A stretch of 63,770 nucleotides of DNA, the filler included, from Octopus bimaculoides (lineage: Eukaryota), in the NCBI RefSeq assembly GCF_001194135.2. It is 3 parts of 3 records of this genome, joined end to end, with 100 filler letters (N's around TTAATTAATTAA, not from the genome) between each part and the next. Parts side by side here need not be neighbours in the genome. Positions count along the whole stretch, not along the records: positions 1 to 22,757 come from NC_069004.1; 2 more parts are not named here. The stretch is one strand, 5' to 3'. Shown here piece by piece: positions 1 to 13,296 of this stretch. Position 1 is the stretch's first letter; each line of letters starts with the position of its first letter. The notes beneath the pieces were generated by a model. It was not told the origin of the DNA, did no database searches, and was given only the letters and a program-made list of their open reading frames with translations. The translations under genes and the position numbers were made by a program.

Positions 1-185
1 CTCATGTCCCTCCTCCTCATCTCCCTCCTCCTCATCTCCCTCCTCCTCATGTCCCTCCTCCTCATGTCCCTCCTCCTCATCTCCCTCCTCCTCATCTCTC
101 TGCTGCTCCTCCTCCTCATTCTCTTCCTCCTCATCTCCTTCCTCCCTCCTCCTTCTCCTCTTCCTTCTCCTTCTCCTCATCATTT
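1..185. repeat. CTC/CAT-rich low-complexity tandem repeat (period about 15 nt)
   Basis: Iterated ctcctcctcat(g/c)tcc units. The overlapping poly-Leu ORF is a by-product of the repeat. Confidence 0.9.
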
Positions 186-639
186 CAACTGCCACTTCTT
201 CATGCTTGTATGGGTAAGTCAGTGTTTATAGAAGCAGATTTTATTTTTCTACGGCCTGATGCGCTTCCTGTCGCTAACTCTCACCTGTTTCCAAGCCAGG
301 TAAGCATTTCCCCATGACTCTATGGCCGGATATGTTTTCCCAGAACAATGGAAATGACTGATGCTGCTTGTATGACAGTCACACTCGTTTACAACTACCA
401 CGCGATGTCAAGGCACATTACACACGCGCGCACGCACACATACAAACACACATATACAACGGGCTTCTTTCAGTTTCCGACTACCAAACCCACTCACAAG
501 ACTTTGGTTGACTCGAGACACTCACACAAATTGTTACCTAGTCAAATGGTAGTGACAACAACATGATCATACCAGCTATATTCATCGACTGCGAATTTAC
601 ATGGCGAATTTCCTTTAATTAAGAGACTGCAGTCGATTA

Positions 640-830
640 AAACTTTTGTTCTTAGTCACGTCTTCGTGCACAGTATTGCAGTTAAGCATCCTTTGAACAC
701 TATTCCGGTTCGTACCGTGTGCTAAAAGCTTAACCGAAATATATGGTGTTGGACATACAATGAAGACAGGAGACTGTCACTGTTGATCAACTTAAGCAGG
801 CTTTTGTCGAGTCAGGGTCCCTACTACAAT
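640..830 (+). mobile_element. Ty3/Gypsy LTR-retrotransposon integrase C-terminal relic
   Basis: Broken-frame translation HVFVHSIAVKHPL..YSGSYRVLKA*PKYMVLDIQ*RQETVTVDQLKQAFVES resembles the Gypsy integrase tail motif (VFVR..VK.PL.PPY.GPY.VL.R......TVS.DRLK.A), recognised by eye. Confidence 0.6.
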
Positions 831-954
831 GATATTCTTTCTCATCTGTCACAATCGAATAATCGAAACAAGAAAATAATGCATTATTCAACAACAAAGT
901 AACTCATACAGATAAGGTAACCAAAAGTGACAGAAGATAAACGAGGCCGAGGAG

Positions 955-3371
955 ATGTGTGAGGTCTTTCAGGAGCACTTCCCCCAGCTTTTAGGTGTGG
1001 GCGGCGGACCGAACATTAGGAGGGACCTAACGTATTTCCTCACCGGACTGCCGCGCCTATCGGGACAGGACGCGGAGCGTTGTGAAGGGCCGATCACACC
1101 TGAGGAGGTAATTGAGGTTATGGCGGACTGCGGCGCGCGTAAGGCGCCAGGACTGGATGGTCTACCTTATGAACTGTATAAAAGTATGCCATTCGGGCAC
1201 CTGCTGGCGAATGTCTACACGAACTGGCAGCAGAATGGGTTCATTCCCAGATCTGTGCGCCGGGGAGTGATGACGCTTGTCAGAAAGGACCCGAACAAGG
1301 GGGGATGCATTGATAATTTTCGGCCCATCACTCTGCTAAACACGAAGATTTTGGCCAAAGTGTTATCGAAAAGATTGGCGCGTGTCGCGGATGGCTTGAT
1401 CGGGAAGGCACAGACATGTGCCATTCCCAGTAGATCCATCCAGGATAATCTCTATCTTATACAGTACACTATAGAGGGGTTTAATAACGATTCTGGCAAG
1501 GGAGGGGCAGTGGTCCATTTAGACCAATCAAAGGCTCTTGATAGGGTCAACCATCATTACTTGGTGTCTGTTCTGGCGCAGTTTGGCCTGGGTCTTGGCT
1601 TACTCAGGTGGATCATTGAAATTTATCACAACATCGACTCGGTAGTTCGGGTGAACGGCTTTTTATCTAAGCTGTTCAGCATCAAACGCTCGGTTCGTCA
1701 AGGGTGTCCGCTCTCCCCGCTTTTGTATGTAATGGCTCTTGAGCCATTGCTGTGAAAATTGAGCGACATCACGAGACAGCCAGGTTGTGGAGAGTCGGTT
1801 TCAGCGTACGCGGATGACATCACCATCATCGTAACCGCAATGCATCAACTACAGAGGGTAGGCAAGGCCATTGAGGAATACTAGACGGTGGCAGGAGCAA
1901 AGGTTAATCATGAAAAGCCAGTCGGCTTGCAGCTCGGCACCTGGAGAGGCAAGTCGATGCCTGCTGACAGCGTCGTGGGACGTTGGACGGAGGGTCCGAT
2001 TAAGTTGCTAGGCGTCTGGTTTGGACCAGGCCTCCAAATAGAGAAGAACTGGGCCGAGGTAGCGAGCAGGGTGGCCCACATAGCCAAGACCTGGTCTTGG
2101 CGGTGGCTATCCCTGAAAGGGAGGGCGGAGGTGGCCAGTGTGTTCATCGCATCNNNNNNNNNNNNNNNNNNNNNNNNNNNNNNNNNNNNNNNNNNNNNNN
2201 NNNNNNGCATCGGTCATCACCTACCGCCTAACCGTCGTTCCCTGCCCTGATTCGTGATTGAGCAAGCTGGAAAGACAGCTCTTCTGCTTCTTGTGGAAGG
2301 GTTCGAATCCGCTTGTGAGACGCTCTATTTGCTGCCAACAACCGTTAAAGGGTGGGCTAGGGATGCCTTGGATGATGATACGCAGGCACGCGCTGAGGTT
2401 GAGGCATCTGTGGCTCCATCTGGATGGTGATCGGGTGTGGTCTCCGCTGGCGAAACAGATGTTTCCCAAGTTCACTTGTTTCGGTGGACTGGATACCTGG
2501 TTCTATCGTAGATCGAAGTTGGGTACATGGTTCACGGAGTGTCGTAAGGCCCTCCGGATATACCATCTCTCGGGCGACGCCTGCGGTAGTGGTTCTACCA
2601 CATTCTTCTATAGAGGGTTGGTAGAGGCGAAATGTGACGATACCTTGGGGGAAGCCCTAGGTCTCGACGATAATCAGCTGGGCAGTTTGTTCCAACGTAC
2701 ATTCGGGCCGAAGACACTGGATAACTTCCAGAAGTCTTTGGCATGGCAATGTTACCGAGGAGCCTTACCTGTCCGGGACAAGCTCGCAAGGCATGGTGGC
2801 CCTGGCCCACCGACCTGTCCAAGATGTGGGCGGGACAGGGAAACCGTCCCGCACGCTTTGTTCAGTGTTCGGAGATGTCAGATGTGTGGGTTTATGCCGA
2901 ACAACTGTTGTCAAGTACAGGAAGAGTACAGCTATCAACTGAGTCAATAGTAGATATTGACCCACCGGATTTCCTATCGAAAGAAGGTAAGAATTGCTTT
3001 CTCATCGTGGTAGCAAATGCGAGAGAGGTGATTTTGAAGACGCGAATGAAAGGGTTAATAACAGGCATTTTTTAAATCTCTGGCCCTGCCTTGGTGAATT
3101 TCTTCACTTTCCACTTAAGAAGGAAAATACGGTTAGATAAAAAACGCCTGTCCGCGAAAATGTTCCAAGATCGATGGAAGAATATCGCCGAATGTTGCGT
3201 ATGGATGGAACCGCAGGAAGAAGAAGACACCTGCCCAAAGTGTTATGCAGTGGGATTGAACCCAGAGCAATGTAGTTGGGAAGCAAACTGCTTTCCTTAC
3301 AACCACGCCTGATACGTATGTATATATTCACGACTTAAAAGGAATTGAAAGTGTAATAATAAAAAAAAAAA
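955..3371 (+). mobile_element. Tx1/L1-clade LINE, 5'-truncated ORF2 (RT plus C-terminal zinc knuckle), decayed, with A-tail
   Basis: RT motifs KAPGLDG, NFRPITLLN, DQSKALDRV, RQGCPLSPLLY and AYADD. C-terminal CPRCGRDRETVPHAL. In-frame stops (e.g. 1753) and frameshifts. A-run at about 3359-3371. Confidence 0.92.
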
Positions 3372-3417
3372 CTGGCATTTAGTATTTAACAGAATTTCAC
3401 ACATCTCAGTCTCTCTA

Positions 3418-4035
3418 TTATTTCTCTATTGCCCATAAGGGGACAAACAAGGACAGACAAAGGGATAAAGTCGATTACATCGACCCCAGTGCGTAACTGG
3501 TACTTATTTAATTGATCTCCAAAGGATGAATCACAAAGTCGACCTCTGCGGAATTTGAACTCAAAACATAAAGACAGAAAATACCGCTAAGCATTTCGCC
3601 CGGCGTGCTAACGTTTCTTATTTCTTTATTGCCCACAAGGGGCTTAACATAAAGGGGACAAACAAGGATAGACAAAGGGATAAAGTCGATTACATCGACG
3701 CCAGTGCGTAACTGGTACTTAATTTATCGACCCTGAAAAGATGAAAGGCAAAGTCGACCTCGGCGGAGTTTGAACACAGAACTTAACGGCAGACGAAATA
3801 CCTATTTCTTTACTGCCCACAAGGGGCTACACACAGAGGGGACAAACAAGGACAGACAAACGGATTAAGTCGATTATATCGACCCCAGTGCGTAACTGGT
3901 ACTTAATTTATCGACCCCGAAAGGATGAAAGGCAAAGTCGACCTCGGCGGAGTTTGAACTCAGAACTTAACGGCAGACGAAATACCGCTAACCTCGTTTG
4001 GCGTGCTTGCGTTACGGCCAGACGGCCGCCTTGCC
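3418..4035 (-). mobile_element. Three head-to-tail copies of a tRNA-derived SINE (ggtcgataaattaagtaccag core family)
   Basis: Units at about 3418-3618, 3619-3800 and 3801-4035 share gtcgattacatcgaccccagtgcgtaactggtactt...aaagtcgacctcggcggagtttgaac. Dispersed copies also occur at about 20750-21300 and 54130-54300. Confidence 0.85.
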
Positions 4036-4317
4036 TAATTCTCTCTATAAACCCTTAAAAGCAGGTCACCGTGTGTGTGTGTAGTTTTAAGTGCAGTCAC
4101 TTAGTGTCAGTGGAAAGCTGGAGTGATACATATATATATATATATATACAAGGGAGTGTCATAGATAAAGAGTTATTAGCAGAAAGTGTGGGTTCAATGC
4201 ATAATGTCTTAATAGAGAAATAGCAAATGAAAGAGAAAGAGAAAGATAAACGGAATGAGAGAAATGATTATAGACAAATTAACAGTAATAGAGTAATACA
4301 CATGCGCACACACACAC

Positions 4318-4360
<43 letters not shown>

Positions 4361-5017
4361 NNNNNNNNNNNNNNNNNNNNNNNNNNNNNNNNNNNNNNNN
4401 NNNNNNNNNNNNNNNNNNNNNNNNNNNNNNNNNNNNNNNNNNNNNNNNNNNNNNNNNNNNNNNNNNNNNNNNNNNNNNNNNNNNNNNNNNNNNNNNNNNN
4501 NNNNNNNNNNNNNNNNNNNNNNNNNNNNNNNNNNNNNNNNNNNNNNNNNNNNNNNNNNNNNNNNNNNNNNNNNNNNNNNNNNNNNNNNNNNNNNNNNNNN
4601 NNNNNNNNNNNNNNNNNNNNNNNNNNNNNNNNNNNNNNNNNNNNNNNNNNNNNNNNNNNNNNNNNNNNNNNNNNNNNNNNNNNNNNNNNNNNNNNNNNNN
4701 NNNNNNNNNNNNNNNNNNNNNNNNNNNNNNNNNNNNNNNNNNNNNNNNNNNNNNNNNNNNNNNNNNNNNNNNNNNNNNNNNNNNNNNNNNNNNNNNNNNN
4801 NNNNNNNNNNNNNNNNNNNNNNNNNNNNNNNNNNNNNNNNNNNNNNNNNNNNNNNNNNNNNNNNNNNNNNNNNNNNNNNNNNNNNNNNNNNNNNNNNNNN
4901 NNNNNNNNNNNNNNNNNNNNNNNNNNNNNNNNNNNNNNNNNNNNNNNNNNNNNNNNNNNNNNNNNNNNNNNNNNNNNNNNNNNNNNNNNNNNNNNNNNNN
5001 NNNNNNNNNNNNNNNNN

Positions 5018-5048
<31 letters not shown>

Positions 5049-5321
5049 AAATAGAAAGATAGTGGGAAAAGAGGAACATTGAATAGAAAGATAGAGAGTG
5101 AAAGGAGGGTAACAATAAATAGAAAAATAGAGAGAGAGGAGGGGTGGACAAAAGAATATAAACTAAAGCGGAGAGAGAGAGAGAGAGAATGTAAATGAAG
5201 GAGTGAAGTGGAGGCTGTTTTGACAGTGAAGTTGTATTTTAAACGTAAACAGCGATAAGATTCAGTATTGTGTGACTCGGGAGTACTTTGTACACAACAC
5301 TGTTTCACTTCAGCTAAAATC

Positions 5322-5357
5322 ATGTCTAAGGTATCTTTCGACCCCCCAGATATCGAG
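5322..5357 (+). CDS. DPYD: DPYD coding exon 1 ([12 protein letters not shown])
   Basis: ATG in an aaatcATG context. GAG|gtacac donor. Ends in DIE like human exon 1. Confidence 0.8.
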
Positions 5358-7045
5358 GTACACGCATATATTTCTATCTGTTGATTTTTTTTTTTCCAAT
5401 ATTATTAATTATTTTCTTCTCTTTTTGCGTATCATTTATTGTTTATATACGATAGATTTCATGTTTTTACGTTTCCCTCTTGTCTTGTTTATAACATGTG
5501 TAGAGTTAACAACTTGCATCTCGTATAGAGATTTTGGAACTAGCTATTTTGCTTGCTATATATATATATATACATACATACATACGTATATACATTTTCT
5601 CACATAGATTTGTTTACGACGTATTCATGTGTGCGTTTGATATATATACATGTCACATCCTCATATTCATTTATTTATGGTAAGTGTGTTTGTGTGTTAT
5701 ATAATATACAACGCACACATACCATATACAATGTATATGTATGTATGCATGTATATATGTGTTTATGTCTGTGTACATATATAAATGTAGATGAATATTA
5801 TAATGTGTGTTCGTGTACAATGTGTATGTTGCACATATATGTTTGAGTTTGTGTATAAATATATATGTAGGTTTATTTCTATATGTGTATGTTATAAGCT
5901 AACACCAAACTTAATTAAACTGTTGTCCCCGTTAGATACATATGACTATTATTATCCCTTAACCGTGTCTTTAACAACAGACATCAGAAGCAACAAAAAC
6001 AGGGGCCGAATTATCGACTAGATTGTCTCTGGAAGTTCCATGTCTCATGGGGAAAAGAAAGGGAGAATTTCACTTGCCCATAATTTATGGGAGGACTTTT
6101 AGGGACTGCTGGGGTTTTTCTTTTTTTGTGTTCAATAATAATAAAAATTTTCAAATTTTCGAATTTCAGTGGGAGTTGGATGCTAATCATTTACGTCGGT
6201 CCTAAATCTACACAAAGTTGATAATAATACTTTTTTAAAAATTATTATTATCAACAACAATGCCGCCTTTTGGTTTCTAACTTAGGCACACGGTTAGCAG
6301 TTTTTGAGGGAAGGAGTTAGTCGATTCTGCTAGTTCACCGCCAAAGTAAGATTGAAAATAAAGTTTACTTTTGTATACATCCACTTCGTTTAAATTTGAA
6401 AAAGTTTTCTCTCCTCCCCACTCCATCTATTTAAAAAAAAAATTGCAATGTCACTATGACACCGCGAAGATTCGAAATTATATTTCTTATTCGAACAATA
6501 TTCTAGTCTCTCTCTCTCTCTCACGTTTACATTTCTGTGACGCCCCTCCCCTGAGCATGTGCTTATTTTGCGTAATGGTTAATCCAGTGCTGGTCACAGG
6601 CTACATGTAGATCAAACTTCTCTCACTCAATGCTTGCCTATCTATCTAGCTGTCGTTTCGTCTGTCTATCTTAGCTAGCTATCGTTTATCTATCTATCGA
6701 TCGATCTGCCCTTCTGCCTATCTACTTAATTATCTACCTATCTAGTTTTATATCTACTTCTATATCCATAAACGTTTTATACATCCTAAATCTCTTACAT
6801 CCATGAATATTTAAAAACTTTTATGTCTCTAAATCTATCACGAAAATTATACGTCCTCGTAATCGACTATTTTTTTTTTTTTAGTTTCCGTTTACTAAAT
6901 CCACTCAAGGCTTTGGTGAGCCTGAGACCATAGTAGAAGATACTTGCCCAAGGTGCCACGCAGTGGGACTTCTTCCCACACAGCCATGAACTGGTGTTGC
7001 CGAAATTGTCTATGATCTACAATAGATAGCTTAACAAACACTTTC

Positions 7046-7089
<44 letters not shown>

Positions 7090-10000
7090 ACACACTTACA
7101 CACACGTTTACATTGTATACATCAACTCAGCCAGCGATTAGTTGACACAGCTTCTCATGCTTTCCCTGATGAGAAGGTTACAATTTTAATATCAAAGATC
7201 CCTATGGATCACACAGGTTGTAATCCTTTGAAACATATGTAGGAATAAAGTATGCAATTATAACATGCGTTTTCTCCATTCCTTAAATTCTTAAATATAT
7301 ATATATATATATACACATATACATACATACATATATATATTTCAAAGGATTACAACCTGTGTGATCCATAGGGATCTTTGATATTAAAATTATATATATA
7401 TATATATATTTCAATTTCCGTCTACCAAATCCACTCACAAGGTTTTGATCAGCCCAAGGATATAGTAGAAGGCACTTGTTTAAGGTGTAAGGTGTCATGC
7501 AGTGAGACTGAACTTGGTAGCAAGCTTCTTACCACATATTCACCTTAAAAAAGACTTGTGATGTGTCAGTATTTATGTATGCATTCTTTTATTCTGCGGC
7601 CGTGCTGGAGTACCGCCTTTAGTCGAAGAAATCGACCCCAGGACTTATTCTTTGTGAGCCTAGTACTTATTCTATCGGTCCTTTTTGCTGAACCGCTAAG
7701 TTACGGGGATNNNNNNNNNNNNNNNNNNNNNNNNNNNNNNNNNNNNNNNNNNNNNNNNNNNNNNNNNNNNNNNNNNNNNNNNNNNNNNNNNNNNNNNNNN
7801 NNNNNNNNNNNNNNNNNNNNNNNNNNNNNNNNNNNNNNNNNNNNNNNNNNNNNNNNNNNNNNNNNNNNNNNNNNNNNNNNNNNATATATATATATATATA
7901 TACGACGACGAGCTTCTTTTAGTTTCCGTCTACCATATCCACTCACAAGATTTTGGTTGGCCCGCGGTTATAGCAGAAGACACTTGCCCAAGGTGCCACG
8001 CAGTGAGACTGAACCTGGAACCATGTGGTTAGTAAGCAAGCTACTTACCTCACAGCCTTGCTTTTTTTTTCTTTCTTTCTTTCTTTCTTTTTCGCATTCA
8101 ATTCCGATATAATCATAATCTACACTCTCTGAAAGGTACTTGTCGAAAATTTCATTAAACACCGATTTATTATAAAACATTTTCCGACTTTGTATTTTCA
8201 TAATCAGAGGGACCCCTCCTACAAATAACAGCTTACTCTCAAAAACAGGACAGTTAGCCATTTCATACGGTTCGAAATATTAACTTAAATTTCAAAAACT
8301 TTCCACATTATTGTGTATTTGTTCTTTCCTAACTTCTCTCGTCCACACTGTTTATTTTTTGTTATATAAATAATCTGTAGCCTCTGAAACGATGAGGGTT
8401 TTTCTCTTCGTCAGGATCCTCCTTCACTGAAATATCATATGATGCTCTGCCAGTGTGTGGCTGTTCCAGTGTCCCAACCTCGCCATCACTTGCGTTAATG
8501 CCGTGAGTACTTTAGGGTAGGGGTACTATACATCCCTATTTTCCAGGACATGTCTTGGATTCAGGTGGCAAAATATGTGTCCGGGAAGAATTTTAATAAT
8601 TCTTCAAAGATCCGGAGTTTCATCTTCTAACACTTGAAAAATTGTAATGACTGTGACGAAAGTAGCATTGAGTTTTTTGATAATGACTCTGACGAAGTTA
8701 CTTTTTCAGGTCGTTCAATTGTTCTCAACCTATCAATGGGTCAATTGAGTAAGCTTATCAATAACGAACCTATATTGATTACTAGACGCAGTTGTAAGTC
8801 AAATTTACTACAATAAAGGAAAATATTTAATGATCATTATCTTGTCCCATTTTGTATTATATATATAACACCAAAGGTCTAAGGTGTGTCGTGCAGTGGT
8901 AACAGTGGGGCTGTCCTAGATTCTGACTCAAATATGACACTTATTTTAGGAGTGTCTCAACATTTTTCTAGAATGGGACCGTAGTCTCCCACTGACGCGG
9001 TATAGAATTGAGGTAGTGCGCATACTTCAACGCTTTCTCTCCCCCCCCCTCNNNNNNNNNNNNNNNNNNNNNNNNNNNNNNNNNNNNNNNNNNNNNNNNN
9101 NNNNNNNNNNNNNNNNNNNNNNNNNNNNNNNNNNNNNNNNNNNNNNNNNNNNNNNNNNNNNNNNNNNNNNNNNNNNNNNNNNNNNNNNNNNNNNNNNNNN
9201 NNNNNNNNNNNNNNNNNNNNNNNNNNNNNNNNNNNNNNNNNNNNNNNNNNNNNNNNNNNNNNNNNNNNNNNNNNNNNNNNNNNNNNNNNNNNNNNNNNNN
9301 NNNNNNNNNNNNNNNNNNNNNNNNNNNNNNNNNNNNNNNNNNNNNNNNNNNNNNNNNNNNNNNNNNNNNNNNNNNNNNNNNNNNNNNNNNNNNNNNNNNN
9401 NNNNNNNNNNNNNNNNNNNNNNNNNNNNNNNNNNNNNNNNNNNNNNNNNNNNNNNNNNNNNNNNNNNNNNNNNNNNNNNNNNNNNNNNNNNNNNNNNNNN
9501 NNNNNNNNNNNNNNNNNNNNNNNNNNNNNNNNNNNNNNNNNNNNNNNNNNNNNNNNNNNNNNNNNNNNNNNNNNNNNNNNNNNNNNNNNNNNNNNNNNNN
9601 NNNNNNNNNNNNNNNNNNNNNNNNNNNNNNNNNNNNNNNNNNNNNNNNNNNNNNNNNNNNNNNNNNNNNNNNNNNNNNNNNNNNNNNNNNNNNNNNNNNN
9701 NNNNNNNNNNNNNNNNNNNNNNNNNNNNNNNNNNNNNNNNNNNNNNNNNNNNNNNNNNNNNNNNNNNNNNNNNNNNNNNNNNNNNNNNNNNNNNNNNNNN
9801 NNNNNNNNNNNNNNNNNNNNNNNNNNNNNNNNNNNNNNNNNNNNNNNNNNNNNNNNNNNNNNNNNNNNNNNNNNNNNNNNNNNNNNNNNNNNNNNNNNNN
9901 NNNNNNNNNNNNNNNNNNNNNNNNNNNNNNNNNNNNNNNNNNNNNNNNNNNNNNNNNNNNNNNNNNNNNNNNNNNNNNNNNNNNNNNNNNNNNNNNNNNN

Positions 10001-13000
10001 NNNNNNNNNNNNNNAACGGAACAGCCTGCTCGTGAAATTAACGTGCAAGTGGCTGAGCACTCCACAGACACGTGTACCCTTAACGTAGTTCTCAGGGAGA
10101 TTCAGCGTGACACAGTGTGACAAGGCTGGCCCTTTGAATTACAGGCACAACAGAAACAGGAAGTAAGAGTGAGAGAAAGTTGTGGTGAAAGAGTACAGCA
10201 GGGTTCGCCACCATCCCCTGCCGGAGCCTCGTGGAGCTTTCGGTGTTTTCGCTCAATAAACACTCACAATGCCCGGTCTGGGAATCGAAACCGCGATCCT
10301 ATGACCGCGAGTCCGCTGCCCTAACCACTGGGCCATTGCGCCTCTACGAGTGCGACATATAAACACAATAATAGACAGGCCGTCACGCAAACAAAGTGTA
10401 TGTGTATACAAACGTGTGTGTATGTGTGTGCGAGAAATACAGAGCATAGAAAAGAGTCTATGAGACCGTTAGAAGAAAGTCCGGGCACAAGGATGGAAAA
10501 TACCAGTTCGTATTCAAGGTACACAGTAGTTGCGGTGCTGTAACAAGAAGTTGTGGCGGCAATGCAGAGCCGAGGAAGAGGCACATGTCGTGAGAGGAAG
10601 TTGTGGCTTCAATGCTGCGCCCGGTTACTTGGTACAGGAGATCTCGCAGGTTGTATTCGCTGTTAACCATGGTGAAGTAAATCACAAACAGTGAGGTGAT
10701 AGAACCTGTGTTGGTGGTGTGTACGTAGAGACGTTGGTAGCCAAGAAGATGATGGTGGTGACGAAGATGGAGTTTGCTGTAAGCTGTTGGTTGAGTGTTG
10801 AGTCTCCATGGGGCTGCTGTTGTTATCGCTGGAACTGGCTGTGTGCTCTGTGGTCAGTGGCTAGACCTCAGAAGGTCTGGAGCCGAGAAGGCTGACAAAA
10901 TTGTGACGGTGAAAAGCTAGCTATTTATACCATACTATCGGCTCGAACACTATGTAATGTTACGGATGTGTATACTGCATACCTGACTGTACTATGTTTA
11001 CATCACAATAAAGACTTTTAATGGAACAATACCATATAACCCACTCATCTGTAGGAGTGGCTGTGTGGTAAGTAGCTTGCTTACCAACCACATGGTTCTG
11101 GGTTCAGTCCCACTGCGTGGAACCTTGAGCAAGTGTCTTCTACTATAGCCTCGGGCCAACCAAAACTTTGTGAGTGGATTTGGTAGATGGAAACTGAAAA
11201 AAGCCCATCGTATGTGTTTGTGTGTCTGTGTTTGTCACTTTCACCATTGCTTGACAACCGATGCTGGTGTGTTTATGTCCCCGTAACTTAGCAGTTTGGC
11301 AAAAGGATCCGATAGAATAAGTGCCAGGCTTGCAAAGAATATGTCCTGGGTTCGATTTCTTCAACTAAAGGTGGTGCTCCAGCATGGTTACAGTCAAATG
11401 ATTGAAACAAATAAAAGAATATATATATACATACACTTACACGAACATACATACATGCACACATATACAAACACGTATATACATACACACACACACACAA
11501 TCACACACATATCATCATCATCATCATCATCATTTAATGTCTGCCTTCCATGCTGGTATGGGTTGGGCAGTTTGACAGGCGCTGGCCGGGCAAAAGACTG
11601 CACCAGACTTCTGTGTCTAGGAAGGGTAGGTTGGTGTTAGGAAGGACATCCAGCCACAAAAACTGTGCCAAAACAGACCCAGAAGTCTGGTGCAGTCTTC
11701 TACCTGGCCAGCCCCTGTCAAACCGTCCAAACCATGCCAACATGGAAGGTGGATGTTAAACGACGATGATAATATGTGTTTGTGTGTGCATGTATATGTA
11801 TATATGCGTGTATGTATGTGTCTGTGTGTGAGTGTATCTATGTATTAAGGTTTTTAACCCTAAGTATATAGTGAGGTCTGCTGATGAGAATTAACCCTTT
11901 AGCATTCAGATTACTCTGTCAAATGCAATATATATATTCATTCATATTGATTTGAATTAATCATGCATTATCTTGTAGCTTTGAGATTTCAATGATGTGG
12001 TTGCTTATGTCTTGAATGACATTGTAAGTGAGGTGTGGGGTGGCAGATCTGGCCAGGTTTAACATCAATCAAACAAAAAATGTTGGGCCGGATGTGGCCG
12101 GTTTAAATGCTATAGGGTTAAGGGAGGTAATCTCAAAATTCGAAATCAGTTGATCCAGGAATATCTATTGCCTCCTCCTGCGGCTTTTTGCTGAGATTGT
12201 AAGTTACTTTCTTTGCTCGTCGCCCGATTTCTGTTGTGCCTATTGTATTTCCAGTAAATTGGTGGTTATTAGAGGTTTTCTCGGCTCTGATTTTTACAGC
12301 TATGCTGGCACCTCATGTTGCCCTCAATTATAATTATAAATTAATTATGAGATTTTGGATTTGTCATTTATCAGCTTTTGCTTGCTGGCCACTTATATTG
12401 TTGTTATTATTTATTAATAATAACTAATAATAATATCTATATAAATATTTTTTGAATATTCATTCATTGATGAAATTCATATATATATATATATATATTT
12501 ATATATTTGATCCTTTATATTGAACACTCAATATTTCATCTACATTCAATACTTTCTTTCATGGTGCCATCCATTTTTATTTTATTTTATTTTATATTAT
12601 ATATTGTATATTATATTATATATTGTATATTCCATATTCTATACCCCACATTGGTTCTGCAGGAATATAAATAAAACATAAAAAACAGACAGTGTTGGAA
12701 CTCTTTTAAACTAAATAATATATATATATATATATATTGGAGGGTTTGGAGGTGATGTACAGGAATTATATATTAGAAAAAATAATAATCAGGTACTCAG
12801 ATGTCTGGATGGTTGTATATTNNNNNNNNNNNNNNNNNNNNNNNNNNNNNNNNNNNNNNNNNNNNNNNNNNNNNNNNNNNNNNNNNNNNNNNNNNNNNNN
12901 NNNNNNNNNNNNNNNNNNNNNNNNNNNNNNNNNNNNNNNNNNNNNNNNNNNNNNNNNNNNNNNNNNNNNNNNNNNNNNNNNNNNNNNNNNNNNNNNNNNN

Positions 13001-13256
13001 NNNNNNNNNNNNNNNNNNNNNNNNNNNNNNNNNNNNNNNNNNNNNNNNNNNNNNNNNNNNNNNNNNNNNNNNNNNNNNNNNNNNNNNNNNNNNNNNNNNN
13101 NNNNNNNNNNNNNNNNNNNNNNNNNNNNNNNNNNNNNNNNNNNNNNNNNNNNNNNNNNNNNNNNNNNNNNNNNNNNNNNNNNNNNNNNNNNNNNNNNNNN
13201 NNNNNNNNNNNNNNNNNNNNNNNNNNNNNNNNNNNNNNNNNNNNGTTAATTGATGA

Positions 13257-13296
<40 letters not shown>

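Noticed and set aside
4227-5323. Long ORFs in the track here and at 8957-10123, 12737-13253, 17092-17868 and 32129-33435
   Set aside because: Their length comes from N runs translated as X. They are not genes.
8415-8502. Exon-like segment (tcgtcag...gtgagt) in DPYD intron 1
   Set aside because: DPYD exons 1 and 2 join in phase and match the homolog without an insertion. This segment is 88 nt and phase-incompatible. At most a cryptic exon.
12159-12198. Short segment ending in a gtaagt donor
   Set aside because: No pyrimidine tract, no similarity to DPYD, and frameshifting if included.
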